From positions 1 through 63,442 of IMG/VR virus record IMGVR_UViG_3300032241_001905: a DNA stretch of 63,442 nt. One strand, given 5' to 3'. The stretch comes from a virus. Taxonomy: Duplodnaviria > Caudoviricetes. The notes under the pieces were generated by a model. It did no database searches. It had not been told where the DNA came from and was given only the letters and a program-made list of their open reading frames with translations. The position numbers and the translations under genes are program-made. Below are positions 48,974 through 57,783 of the stretch, piece after piece; within the stretch, counting starts at the first letter, position 1, and the number at the start of each line of letters is the position of its first letter.

Positions 48974-49677
48974 AGATACATGACAGGTCTCACGTTATGA
49001 CATTAATAAACCGCTTACCTTAGGGGAGCACAAAAACATAAAAACATGAACAACAGCAACAGCGTGTTCGTAGTTACCGAAGGCTTATCGCTTACAAGTG
49101 GTACTACAGGAACAGCAACATTCACAACAGGTATTTCAACACCCACTATATACAATGGTGGATTTGTAGCAAGTAATATAGGCACAACAACCCTAGCTAC
49201 ATTAGAGTACAGACAACCAACTTACAACGACTTTTGGAAATTTGATGAAGAATTTGATCTTCTTTGGAAATCATTCTTCGATCCAAATGCACTTTACAGA
49301 CCAATCAAAGAAAAAGCAGTATCTCACCCTTGCGATATCCAAGAAACGGATAACGGCCTACGCATTGAAATTGCAGCAGTAGGATTAGATAAGGAAGATC
49401 TTGACATTATTACCGATTCAGAAACACTTCGTGTTGCATATCGCAAACCAACGAGTGAAGAGGAAGAGGAAAAAAATGAATACAGATATTTCCAACGCTC
49501 AATTAAGAAAGCAAGTTTTGATATCGCTTGGAAAATTTCAAGCAAATTCGATTTAGCTAAATTAGAGGCTAAATTAGATAAAGGATTATTAACTTTAGAC
49601 GTACCATTTGCTAAAGAAAATAAACCTAAGAAAGTTACAATTAAATAGTTTTGAAATTAAGAGACCTGTCCGTATCT
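48974..49677. repeat. Inverted repeat flanking hsp20 (agatac-at-gacaggtctc ... gagacctgtc-c-gtatct)
   Basis: Perfect 10-bp IR at 48982-48991 / 49661-49670, with a 6-bp extension. Confidence 0.7.
49046..49648 (+). CDS. Small heat-shock protein (Hsp20 / alpha-crystallin)
   Basis: PCDI.E....IEIA..G..KEDL.I, A.LDKGLL.L.VP, PKKVTIK. Confidence 0.9.
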   Translation: MNNSNSVFVVTEGLSLTSGTTGTATFTTGISTPTIYNGGFVASNIGTTTLATLEYRQPTYNDFWKFDEEFDLLWKSFFDPNALYRPIKEKAVSHPCDIQETDNGLRIEIAAVGLDKEDLDIITDSETLRVAYRKPTSEEEEEKNEYRYFQRSIKKASFDIAWKISSKFDLAKLEAKLDKGLLTLDVPFAKENKPKKVTIK

Positions 49678-49680
49678 TCA
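49650..49680 (+). promoter_or_regulatory. Bacteroidota-type promoter (TTTG-N19-TATCTTCA) for groES-groEL
   Basis: Identical elements and spacing to 31169-31199. Confidence 0.55.
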
Positions 49681-49696
49681 CTAAATAAACTTTAAT

Positions 49697-49987
49697 ATGA
49701 ATATAAAACCGTTACACAACCACGTTGTTATTAAACAACAAGATGAAACAGAAACGATGTATGGAAACATCATTGTACCCGATGCTGGTAAAGAAAAACC
49801 ACTAATGGGTGAAATTATTGCTACCGGACCTGGTATCATAAACATGAATGGAATTTTAATTCCAAACAATTTAGAAGTAGGACAAACAGTAGTATTCCCG
49901 GCCTTTGGAGGACAACGTATAACCGTTGAGGGAGAAGAGTATTTAATTTATAAAGAGCAAGACATATTTGCAATACTAGAAAAATAA
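49697..49987 (+). CDS. groES: Co-chaperonin GroES
   Basis: IKPLHNHV, G.IIVPD.GKEKP..G.IIA.GPG, EQDIFA. Confidence 0.95.
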   Translation: MNIKPLHNHVVIKQQDETETMYGNIIVPDAGKEKPLMGEIIATGPGIINMNGILIPNNLEVGQTVVFPAFGGQRITVEGEEYLIYKEQDIFAILEK

Positions 49988-49991
49988 AATT

Positions 49992-51611
49992 ATGAGTAAA
50001 ATAATCAGTTTCGACCGCGAAGCAAAAGAAAAGCTAAAAGCCGGTATCGATAAAGTAAATAAAGCAGTATCAGTAACAATGGGTCCATTTGGACGTAATG
50101 TATTGATTGAAAAAGACCATGGACAAGTAGCATCAACAAAAGATGGTGTAACTGTTTCAAGAACAATTACATTGGAAGATCCAATTGAAAACATGGCAGC
50201 AACAGTAATTAAACAAGCAGCTGAAAAAACAGTTAATGCAGCAGGTGATGGCACAACAACATCAACTGTGTTAGCACACAGTATTGCTTCTCAAGCATTA
50301 GAGGCAACAGCGTATGCTTCAACAAATGCAACTCAAGTAAAACGTGGTATTGAAGCTGCTGTTAAAGAGGTAATTGCAGAATTGAAAACTATGTCTCAAC
50401 CAGTTGCTAGTGAAGATCAAATTAAACAAATTGCAACATTATCAGCTAATGGTGATACCGAAATTGGTGAATTAGTAGCTACTGCTTTAGATAAAGTAGG
50501 TAGAGATGGAGTTGTAACAGTTGAAGAATCACGTACTGGGGAAACTAGTTTAGAGGTAGTAGAGGGTATGCAATTTGATAGAGGTTATAAGTCACCTTAT
50601 ATGGTTACAGATAACAATACTATGACTGCAGTATTAAACGATCCTTTATTATTATTAGTAGATGGTAGAATTAGTGCAGTAAAAGATTTATTACCAATCT
50701 TAGAATCAGTTTCAAGTGATAACAAATCGTTATTAATTGTAGCTGAAGATATTGATGGTGAAGCGTTATCTACTCTTATTGTAAATAAGATGAGAGGTAT
50801 TTTAAAAGTAGCTGCTGTTAAGGCACCTGACTTTGGAGAACGTAGAACATTGATTTTAGAAGACATCGCTACATTAACAGGTGGTACTGTAGTATCACAA
50901 CAAAAAGGTATGCGTTTGGATAAATTCAATAAAGCTTGGTTTGGTAATGCTCGTACAATTACTGTAGGTAAAGAAACAACTACAATTGTAGATGGTAAAG
51001 GTGATACTACATTAATTACAGAACGTATTACAGAATTAAAATCTCAAATTGATAAATCTTCATCGCCATATGAAATTGAAAAATTACAAGACCGTTTAGC
51101 TAAGTTAATTGGTGGCGTAGCAATTATCAATGTAGGTGGTGGTACTGAGATTGAAATGAAAGAGAAGAAAGATCGTTTAGATGATGCTTTACAAGCAACA
51201 CAAGCGGCTTTAGATGAAGGTATCTTACCAGGTGCTGGTACAGCATTATTGCGTGCTAGAAATGCAATTAGTCAACGTACTAATATTAATGACTTTGGTA
51301 AAGGTGGTAGTATTATTTTTAAAGCATGTGAAACACCATTTAACCAAATTCTTAAAAATGCAGGTGAAGATGTTAATCAATGGTATAATGCTTTAGCTAA
51401 TACAACTAATAAAGTACCTAATATTGCATCTGATGTAATTGTAGATGCATTTGAAGCAGGTATTATCGATCCAACTAAAGTAGTACGTTCAGCATTAGAA
51501 AATGCAGCTGCAGCAGCGGTTACATTATTAATGACAGAATGTGTAATCCATGATAAGCCTACAGATAAGAAAAAGACAGACGATTTTGATATGTCAGGAT
51601 TAGGGATGTAA
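49992..51611 (+). CDS. groEL: Chaperonin GroEL
   Basis: [39 protein letters not shown]. Confidence 0.97.
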   Translation: MSKIISFDREAKEKLKAGIDKVNKAVSVTMGPFGRNVLIEKDHGQVASTKDGVTVSRTITLEDPIENMAATVIKQAAEKTVNAAGDGTTTSTVLAHSIASQALEATAYASTNATQVKRGIEAAVKEVIAELKTMSQPVASEDQIKQIATLSANGDTEIGELVATALDKVGRDGVVTVEESRTGETSLEVVEGMQFDRGYKSPYMVTDNNTMTAVLNDPLLLLVDGRISAVKDLLPILESVSSDNKSLLIVAEDIDGEALSTLIVNKMRGILKVAAVKAPDFGERRTLILEDIATLTGGTVVSQQKGMRLDKFNKAWFGNARTITVGKETTTIVDGKGDTTLITERITELKSQIDKSSSPYEIEKLQDRLAKLIGGVAIINVGGGTEIEMKEKKDRLDDALQATQAALDEGILPGAGTALLRARNAISQRTNINDFGKGGSIIFKACETPFNQILKNAGEDVNQWYNALANTTNKVPNIASDVIVDAFEAGIIDPTKVVRSALENAAAAAVTLLMTECVIHDKPTDKKKTDDFDMSGLGM

Positions 51612-51620
51612 TTTTATTCT

Positions 51621-51950
51621 ATGAAAAAATTATACTTAGACGATATTCGCACTCCTCAAACAGAGGGGTGGGATATCGTTCGTAGTTATACTGCATTTGT
51701 AGATTGGATTCGTTTAAAAGGAATCCCTAATGAAGTGTCGTTTGACCACGATTTAGGAGAAGAAACAGATAAAACAGGATATGATGCCGCTAAGTGGTTA
51801 GGAAATTTATGTATTGATACTAATACACCTTTACCTAAATATAATGTTCATTCTGCAAATCCTGTTGGTAAGGCAAATATAGAAGCTTACCTTTCAAATG
51901 TAATTAAACATCAAAATAAGTTATGGAAGAACAAGAACAAACAGCAGTAG
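51621..51950 (+). CDS. Cyclic-phosphate-processing receiver-like domain protein
   Basis: LYLDDIR, SFDHDLG, TGYD, HSANPVG. Confidence 0.75.
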   Translation: MKKLYLDDIRTPQTEGWDIVRSYTAFVDWIRLKGIPNEVSFDHDLGEETDKTGYDAAKWLGNLCIDTNTPLPKYNVHSANPVGKANIEAYLSNVIKHQNKLWKNKNKQQ

Positions 51951-52144
51951 AATGGCTAGTAGAACAACTAACAAATGAAAAACTCGGAAGTGAGCGTCAC
52001 TTTGAAATTATTGAAGAAGCTAAGCAGATGTTCAAATGGCAAATAATCAATGCAGTAAATACAGGCGATAGTACAAACTTTTGGGATGCTTATGATAGTG
52101 CTGAAGATTATTACAATCAAAGTTATAATAAAAGCAACCAATAA
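51923..52144 (+). CDS. Hypothetical phage protein
   Basis: QTAVEWL..AKQM...QI..A...AEDYYN. Confidence 0.65.
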   Translation: MEEQEQTAVEWLVEQLTNEKLGSERHFEIIEEAKQMFKWQIINAVNTGDSTNFWDAYDSAEDYYNQSYNKSNQ

Positions 52145-52151
52145 AGTCGAT

Positions 52152-52208
52152 ATTTTTCTAGCTTTCATATATTTATTGGAAACGATAATAATATGGAAGC
52201 TAAAAAAT
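52152..52208 (+). promoter_or_regulatory. Hairpin sequestering the endonuclease AUG, with putative late promoter
   Basis: tagctttcatat / atatggaagcta 12-bp stem (one G-U) plus attttt / aaaaat; ATATTTAT at 52169-52176. Confidence 0.7.
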
Positions 52209-52756
52209 GTTTTAAATGTAAATCTGAATTGCCTATAGGTAGAACAAGCAATTATTGTACTACTTGTAAAAGTAAAATGGATAAAGATTCATACCATAAA
52301 CATAAAGAAAAACGACTAAAATACTTTAAAGAATATAAAGAACAAAATCCAGAATTCAAACAAAAACAAAACGATCAAATTAAACAATGGTTAAAAGATC
52401 GTCCTGGGTATATGAATGGATGGTATAAAGAAAAATTATCCACTAATATAGAATATAGGATAGCACATAACTTAAGAGAACGTTTAAGAGCTGCTCTTCA
52501 TACCAATTCTAAGGGTGCTAAAACAATGGATATGTTAGGATGCAGTATGGAGGAATTTAAACAACATATTGCTTCTAAATTTACTGAAGGTATGAATTGG
52601 GATAATTATGGCAGAAAAGGGTGGCATATAGATCATATATTACCCTGTGCTTCATTTGACCTATCTGATTATGAACAACAAAAACAATGCTTTCACTATA
52701 CTAACCTTCAGCCATTATGGTGGAAGGATAATTTAGAAAAGTCGGCTAAATGTTAG
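52193..52756 (+). CDS. HNH-type homing endonuclease
   Basis: N-terminal CxxC..CxxC; GMNWDNYG..WHIDHILPC..F..CFHYTNLQPLW..NLEK. Confidence 0.88.
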   Translation: MEAKKCFKCKSELPIGRTSNYCTTCKSKMDKDSYHKHKEKRLKYFKEYKEQNPEFKQKQNDQIKQWLKDRPGYMNGWYKEKLSTNIEYRIAHNLRERLRAALHTNSKGAKTMDMLGCSMEEFKQHIASKFTEGMNWDNYGRKGWHIDHILPCASFDLSDYEQQKQCFHYTNLQPLWWKDNLEKSAKC

Positions 52757-52788
52757 GATGATCAAAATAAAAATTATATATTTAAGTT

Positions 52789-53712
52789 ATGAAAAGAGAA
52801 CATACATTATGGATTGAAAAGTTTCGTAGCCAAACATTAGATCAATATATAGGCAACGATGCGGTTAAAGACCGCATCGCTGACTGTATAGTTAAAAACG
52901 ATATACCGCATTTTATCTTTAGCGGTACAGCTGGTACAGGTAAGACTACACTAGCTAAATTAATTGTAAATAATATCAAATGCGATTACTTGTATTTAAA
53001 TGCAAGTGACGAGAATGGTATTGATATGATTAGAGAAAAAGTAAAGGGTTTTGCATCATCTGCATCTTTTAATCCTATTAAAATAGTAATATTAGATGAG
53101 GCTGATTTCTTAACTCAACCTGCTCAAGCTGCACTTCGTAATATTATTGAAGAATACTCAATGAATACACGTTTTATTTTAACTTGTAATTATATTGAGC
53201 GTTTAATTGAACCTTTACAATCACGTTGTGAGGTTAATATTTTAAAACCACCTACTAAAGGTTCCGTTGCAAAACACATCTGTACTAATATTTTAGATGT
53301 TGAAGAGATTGAATATGATATTAAGGATGTAGCTAAAATTATTAATGAATATTACCCTGATATTCGTTCTGTTATTAAAGTGTTACAACAAAATGTTAAA
53401 GATAACAAATTAACAGTTATTGTTATAAATGATAGTTGGTGCAAACAATTAGTTCAAATACTAAATAAACGCGAAAAAAACGCGTGGTACCAAATACGCC
53501 AATTAGTAGCCGACTCGCAAGTAGACGATTTCCAAATCGCTTATCGCTATATGTTTGATAACTTGACCGAATTTAGTTATGGACATGACGCAGAAATATC
53601 AGTTGTATTAGATGATTTTATTTGGAGAGCAGGGGTTGTGCCTGACAAGGAAATAAATGCAATGGCTTGTATTGCTAAGATACTTGAGACTACTAAGAAA
53701 CAAGTATTATAG
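52789..53712 (+). CDS. Clamp loader AAA+ subunit (RFC / gp44-like)
   Basis: WIEKFR, GTAGTGKTT, NASDE, ILDEAD, LQSRC. Confidence 0.94.
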   Translation: MKREHTLWIEKFRSQTLDQYIGNDAVKDRIADCIVKNDIPHFIFSGTAGTGKTTLAKLIVNNIKCDYLYLNASDENGIDMIREKVKGFASSASFNPIKIVILDEADFLTQPAQAALRNIIEEYSMNTRFILTCNYIERLIEPLQSRCEVNILKPPTKGSVAKHICTNILDVEEIEYDIKDVAKIINEYYPDIRSVIKVLQQNVKDNKLTVIVINDSWCKQLVQILNKREKNAWYQIRQLVADSQVDDFQIAYRYMFDNLTEFSYGHDAEISVVLDDFIWRAGVVPDKEINAMACIAKILETTKKQVL

Positions 53713-54011
53713 TCCCCGACGGGGAATATATTCTTCATTGAAGAGATAATAGAAAACTATAGACAATTACTAAGAAATAAATAAAGATATATGGAAAGTT
53801 ACTACATAGAAGTTAAGTGTGAGGGGTGTGGTACTGTACAAGAAATCTACTACGGACAGTTTAGCGGATTTGATGGTAATTTTGATGCAATGCCTAGAGG
53901 AGAGTGTTTAAAGTGCGGTAACCTAATACAACTAGATTTGAATACTAATCAGTACGATATAATTACGTACGTACATTAAAAAAATATAATAAACAAAAAA
54001 CAAGTATTATA
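53698..54011. repeat. 14-bp direct repeat aaacaagtattata flanking a 300-bp insertion
   Basis: Copies at 53698-53711 and 53998-54011, both encoding KQVL-stop. Confidence 0.75.
53791..53979 (+). CDS. Small Zn-ribbon protein within the insertion
   Basis: CEGC...CLKC. Confidence 0.6.
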   Translation: MESYYIEVKCEGCGTVQEIYYGQFSGFDGNFDAMPRGECLKCGNLIQLDLNTNQYDIITYVH

Positions 54012-54260
54012 ATGCAACAGCAACAACAAGAAATACGATTAGACTTAAATCAAACGTCTAAAACAGTATGCCCTAAATGCGATAATGAAACATTCCAAGA
54101 AATGCTATTATTACGTAAATGGTCTCGTTTAGTATCAGGCTTACCTAATGACCAATATGTTCCAGTATCTGTATTCGTATGTACAGAATGTGGAACTGCA
54201 CATCAAGATTCAATGCCTCCACAATTGAAGGCATTACTAGACAAAGAAAATGAAGAATAA
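54012..54260 (+). CDS. Small Zn-ribbon protein
   Basis: CPKC...F.CTECG. Confidence 0.65.
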   Translation: MQQQQQEIRLDLNQTSKTVCPKCDNETFQEMLLLRKWSRLVSGLPNDQYVPVSVFVCTECGTAHQDSMPPQLKALLDKENEE

Positions 54261-54514
54261 TGTTTAATATATTTAAACAAATAAAACAACTAAAAATGAC
54301 AAAACAAGAATTAGAACAGCAAGTGACTGAAATGCAAGCAGCATTAGTTAGAACAAACACAGCTAATAAAGAATTAGTTGATCAATTAAACAAAATGGAT
54401 GAACAATTGAGCGAAGCTATTGCTCGAGTTAAACATTTAGATGGACAAATCAAAATGATGGATGCTCAAAGAATAGCAGCAACTAAATACAGTGACACTT
54501 CAAAAAATTACTAA
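54260..54514 (+). CDS. Hypothetical coiled-coil protein
   Basis: TAATG-coupled ORF with heptad pattern. Confidence 0.55.
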   Translation: MFNIFKQIKQLKMTKQELEQQVTEMQAALVRTNTANKELVDQLNKMDEQLSEAIARVKHLDGQIKMMDAQRIAATKYSDTSKNY

Positions 54515-54888
54515 TGACTATATTTGATCATTTAAAAAACATTACTACAACTAAAGGAGAATACCTAGGTGATGAAGGGTGGAATAACTGGATGATCAAT
54601 CGTTATCTTAGTATGGATTCTGATTACTGTGAAGTAGTTAATTTAGTACAAAAGAATACTTGGCAAATGAAGGGAGAGTACCTGTACAATTTGTACAGGG
54701 ACCTCATCCCTAAACAATATAAGTATCTTAAGTATGTTAAATCTACTAAAAAGAAGGATTATAAACTTGAAGAAGTAGAAGCTATACAAGCATATTTCGA
54801 AGTTAGTAAGAAAGAGGCTAAGGAATATATTAATATGTTACCTAAAGCAGAATTAGAAAATATAATATCACAAATTAATGGAAAGTAA
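54514..54888 (+). CDS. Clamp loader small subunit (gp62-like)
   Basis: IFD.L..I...K, MINRYLS, Y..S..EA.EY; close to the gp44-like gene. Confidence 0.7.
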   Translation: MTIFDHLKNITTTKGEYLGDEGWNNWMINRYLSMDSDYCEVVNLVQKNTWQMKGEYLYNLYRDLIPKQYKYLKYVKSTKKKDYKLEEVEAIQAYFEVSKKEAKEYINMLPKAELENIISQINGK

Positions 54889-55138
54889 CATCAAAGAATT
54901 TAGCCTAATTGCAGATACAGTAACACCACCTCAACTAGATTCAATAGTAACCTCTGTTATAAACCAATTTACGAGTAGAGCCCAAATGGGTAAAACAAAG
55001 TATGGTGTTGATCTTGATCGTACAGATTTAACATTATTAGAATGGATTGAACATGCTAAACAAGAGCATATGGATGCTATCTTGTATTTAGAAAAAATAA
55101 AACAAACAATAGAAAGTGGCGAGAAAAAAATCTACTGA
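54878..55138 (+). CDS. Hypothetical protein, possible all-alpha NTP pyrophosphatase-like
   Basis: R...G..KYG..L.R.DL...WI.HA..E.MDA.LYLEK. Confidence 0.5.
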   Translation: MESNIKEFSLIADTVTPPQLDSIVTSVINQFTSRAQMGKTKYGVDLDRTDLTLLEWIEHAKQEHMDAILYLEKIKQTIESGEKKIY

Positions 55139-56060
55139 TATTGAACTTAAAATTAAAGGATATAAGCCACCTGAAATTAATCATTCCTATCAACGCAGTG
55201 TATCTTATTCTCAATATTCGATGTGGGCCAAGTGCCCACATCAGTGGTATCTTACTTACATAGAGAATAAGCAACCATACCAAGCCAGTATTCATACTGT
55301 ATTTGGAACTGCATTTCATGAAACATTACAAGACTATATTACAGTAATGTATAATGAAAGTGGAGCTGCAGCTGATAGAATGGATTTAATTGAGCTATTT
55401 CAAGATAAATTTAGAGAAGTATATTCTAAAGAATATAAAGCGGCTGGTGCTCATTTTAGTGATCCTGTTCAAATGGGTGAATTTTTTGAGGATGCTGTTG
55501 CCATATTAGATTTCATCAAGAAAAACCGAAATAAATTATTTACCATACGCAAAATGCGCTTATTAGGTATAGAGATACCTTTATTATTAAATGTAGCTAA
55601 TAATGTATTTTTAAAGGGATTTATTGACTTTGTACTGTATGATGAAGAATTAGATAAAATTTATATATATGATATCAAAACATCAACAAGAGGATGGAAC
55701 GACACTGACAAAAGAGATGATGTTAAAGTCTCTCAAATATTGTTATACAAGCAATTTTTTGCGAAGCAATTTAATGTTGATGTGGAAAAAATTGAAGTTG
55801 AATTCTTTATCGTTAAACGAAAAATCTGGGAACAATCAGAGTATAGTATCCCCAGAACTCAATCCTTCAAACCAGCAAGCGGAAAGAATAAACGTAAACA
55901 AGCCGTAGATAGTTTTAATAGTTTTATTAAAGATTGTTTTGATGAAAGTGGAAAACCACAAGTAAAAGCGTACCTTAAAAATATAGGTGAAAGTAGCTGC
56001 AAATGGTGCCCATATAGAGATAGACCAGATCTTTGTGATAAAGTTGCTGTTTCTGCCTAA
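55116..56060 (+). CDS. PD-(D/E)XK exonuclease, Cas4/RecB-like, with Fe-S cysteines
   Basis: SYSQ..CP, GTAFHE, GFID..DIKTS, Q..LY, CKWCPY...C. Confidence 0.85.
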   Translation: MARKKSTDIELKIKGYKPPEINHSYQRSVSYSQYSMWAKCPHQWYLTYIENKQPYQASIHTVFGTAFHETLQDYITVMYNESGAAADRMDLIELFQDKFREVYSKEYKAAGAHFSDPVQMGEFFEDAVAILDFIKKNRNKLFTIRKMRLLGIEIPLLLNVANNVFLKGFIDFVLYDEELDKIYIYDIKTSTRGWNDTDKRDDVKVSQILLYKQFFAKQFNVDVEKIEVEFFIVKRKIWEQSEYSIPRTQSFKPASGKNKRKQAVDSFNSFIKDCFDESGKPQVKAYLKNIGESSCKWCPYRDRPDLCDKVAVSA

Positions 56061-56090
56061 TTGTATATATTTATATGCAAATATACTATT

Positions 56091-56282
56091 ATGGCAAAAA
56101 TGCAATTAACATCCGTGAAGATTCCTGAGGACTTGTTTGAACAATTCAAAATCGCCTGCGTAAAGTATAAATTCAGCGTTCAAAAATTAACAGAAAGAGG
56201 CATGTTTTTATACCTAACAGATGAAGAATTTAGAAAAAATATCCACAATACACTAGACACACAAATTACAGGAAGTTTTTAA
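56091..56282 (+). CDS. Ribbon-helix-helix-like small protein
   Basis: LTSVKIPEDLFEQFK..C..S.QKL; ATG at 56091 after ATATTTAT. Confidence 0.6.
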   Translation: MAKMQLTSVKIPEDLFEQFKIACVKYKFSVQKLTERGMFLYLTDEEFRKNIHNTLDTQITGSF

Positions 56283-56291
56283 AACAGTTAC

Positions 56292-57782
56292 ATGAAAGAA
56301 GGTTATATTCCGCGTGAAAAACGCAAAAAGATTTTATTATTATGTGATGATATCAGAATGACATCTGGTATATCAACAATGGCTAGAGAAATAGTTATTG
56401 GTACAGCTCACCGATTTAATTGGGTGAATGTTGGTGGTGCTATTAACCATCCTGACCAAGGTAAACGATTTGATATCAATGATGACACTAGCAAGAATGC
56501 AGGTATTCCTGATGCTAGTGTTACATTATATCCTATAAATGGATATGGTGATCCTATGTTTTTAAATCAAATGATTGCACTGGAAAAACCAGATGCATTA
56601 ATGATGTTTACTGATCCAAGATATTGGATTTGGTTATTTCAAATGGAACAAGAAATTAGGAAGAAAATGCCTATTATCTATTTAAACATTTGGGATGATT
56701 TACCTTATCCAATGTATAATAAACCATACTATGAGTCTTGTGACGCATTGTTAGCAATCAGTAAACAAACTGAAAATATTAATAGAGCTGTATTAGGCCC
56801 AGAATTAACAGCTGAAAAAGTAATTAAATACGTACCCCATGGGATTAATGACAAAATTTTCTTCCCAATTACTACAGAACAACCTGAGTATTTGGCTTTA
56901 CAAGAATTTAAAAATAACTTATACAGAGGAAAATCATATGATTTTGCTTTATTATATAATGCGCGTAACATCCGTCGTAAATCTGTTCCTGATTTAATGC
57001 TAGCATGGAAGTTATTTATTGATGAACTTCCAGTAGAAAAAGCAAATAAATGCGTTTTAGTAATGCATACTCAAATGTCAGACGAAAATGGTACTGACTT
57101 AAGAGCAGTAAGTGAAATGTTATTTGGTAATAATCCTCAATACAATGTTGTATTTGATGAAGGAAGGTATCCGGCTAATGTAATGAACTTATTGTACAAT
57201 GCTACAGATGCAACTGCATTAATTAGTAGCAATGAAGGTTGGGGATTATCATTAACAGAAGCAATGATGTGTGGTAAACCAATTATATCTACTGTAACAG
57301 GTGGTATGCAAGATCAAATGCGTTTTGAAGACGAAAATGGTGAATGGATTAAGTTTACGGAAGAATTTGGTTCAAATCATAGAGGTAAATATAAGAAACA
57401 TGGTAAATGGGCTTTCCCAATATTCCCATCTAATTTATCAATTGTAGGATCTATTCCAACACCTTATATATTTGATGATAGAGCTCAACCTGAAGATGTT
57501 GCTGATCAAATTATGGAAATATATTCTTTAAAAACAAATCAAGTTGAAGAATATGGATCTCATACTAGAGGTATTGAAACATATGATGAAATATGTAAAG
57601 CAGCCTATGAATGGGTTACTTCAGAAGAATCAATGATGACAGCAGAAGCAATGTCTAAAAATGTAATTGATGGAATTGAAGCAACATTTGATAAATGGGA
57701 ACCAAGACATAAATTTGAATTAATCCAGGTAACAACACCTGATCAACCAAAACATTACGTAAAACACGTTATCGCAAAATAA
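56292..57782 (+). CDS. Glycosyltransferase (GT-B, GT4-like)
   Basis: VPHGI, RNIRRK, NEGWGLSLTEAMMCGKP. Confidence 0.88.
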   Translation: MKEGYIPREKRKKILLLCDDIRMTSGISTMAREIVIGTAHRFNWVNVGGAINHPDQGKRFDINDDTSKNAGIPDASVTLYPINGYGDPMFLNQMIALEKPDALMMFTDPRYWIWLFQMEQEIRKKMPIIYLNIWDDLPYPMYNKPYYESCDALLAISKQTENINRAVLGPELTAEKVIKYVPHGINDKIFFPITTEQPEYLALQEFKNNLYRGKSYDFALLYNARNIRRKSVPDLMLAWKLFIDELPVEKANKCVLVMHTQMSDENGTDLRAVSEMLFGNNPQYNVVFDEGRYPANVMNLLYNATDATALISSNEGWGLSLTEAMMCGKPIISTVTGGMQDQMRFEDENGEWIKFTEEFGSNHRGKYKKHGKWAFPIFPSNLSIVGSIPTPYIFDDRAQPEDVADQIMEIYSLKTNQVEEYGSHTRGIETYDEICKAAYEWVTSEESMMTAEAMSKNVIDGIEATFDKWEPRHKFELIQVTTPDQPKHYVKHVIAK

Positions 57783-57783
57783 T

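Noticed and set aside
51214-55908. Alternative-frame + strand ORFs 51214-51396 and 55669-55908
   Set aside because: They are nested in groEL and the nuclease gene, with no recognisable features.
55116-56060. Cas4-like nuclease as a sign of a CRISPR-Cas system
   Set aside because: No repeat-spacer array or other cas genes were seen; stand-alone Cas4-like exonucleases are common in phage replication modules.
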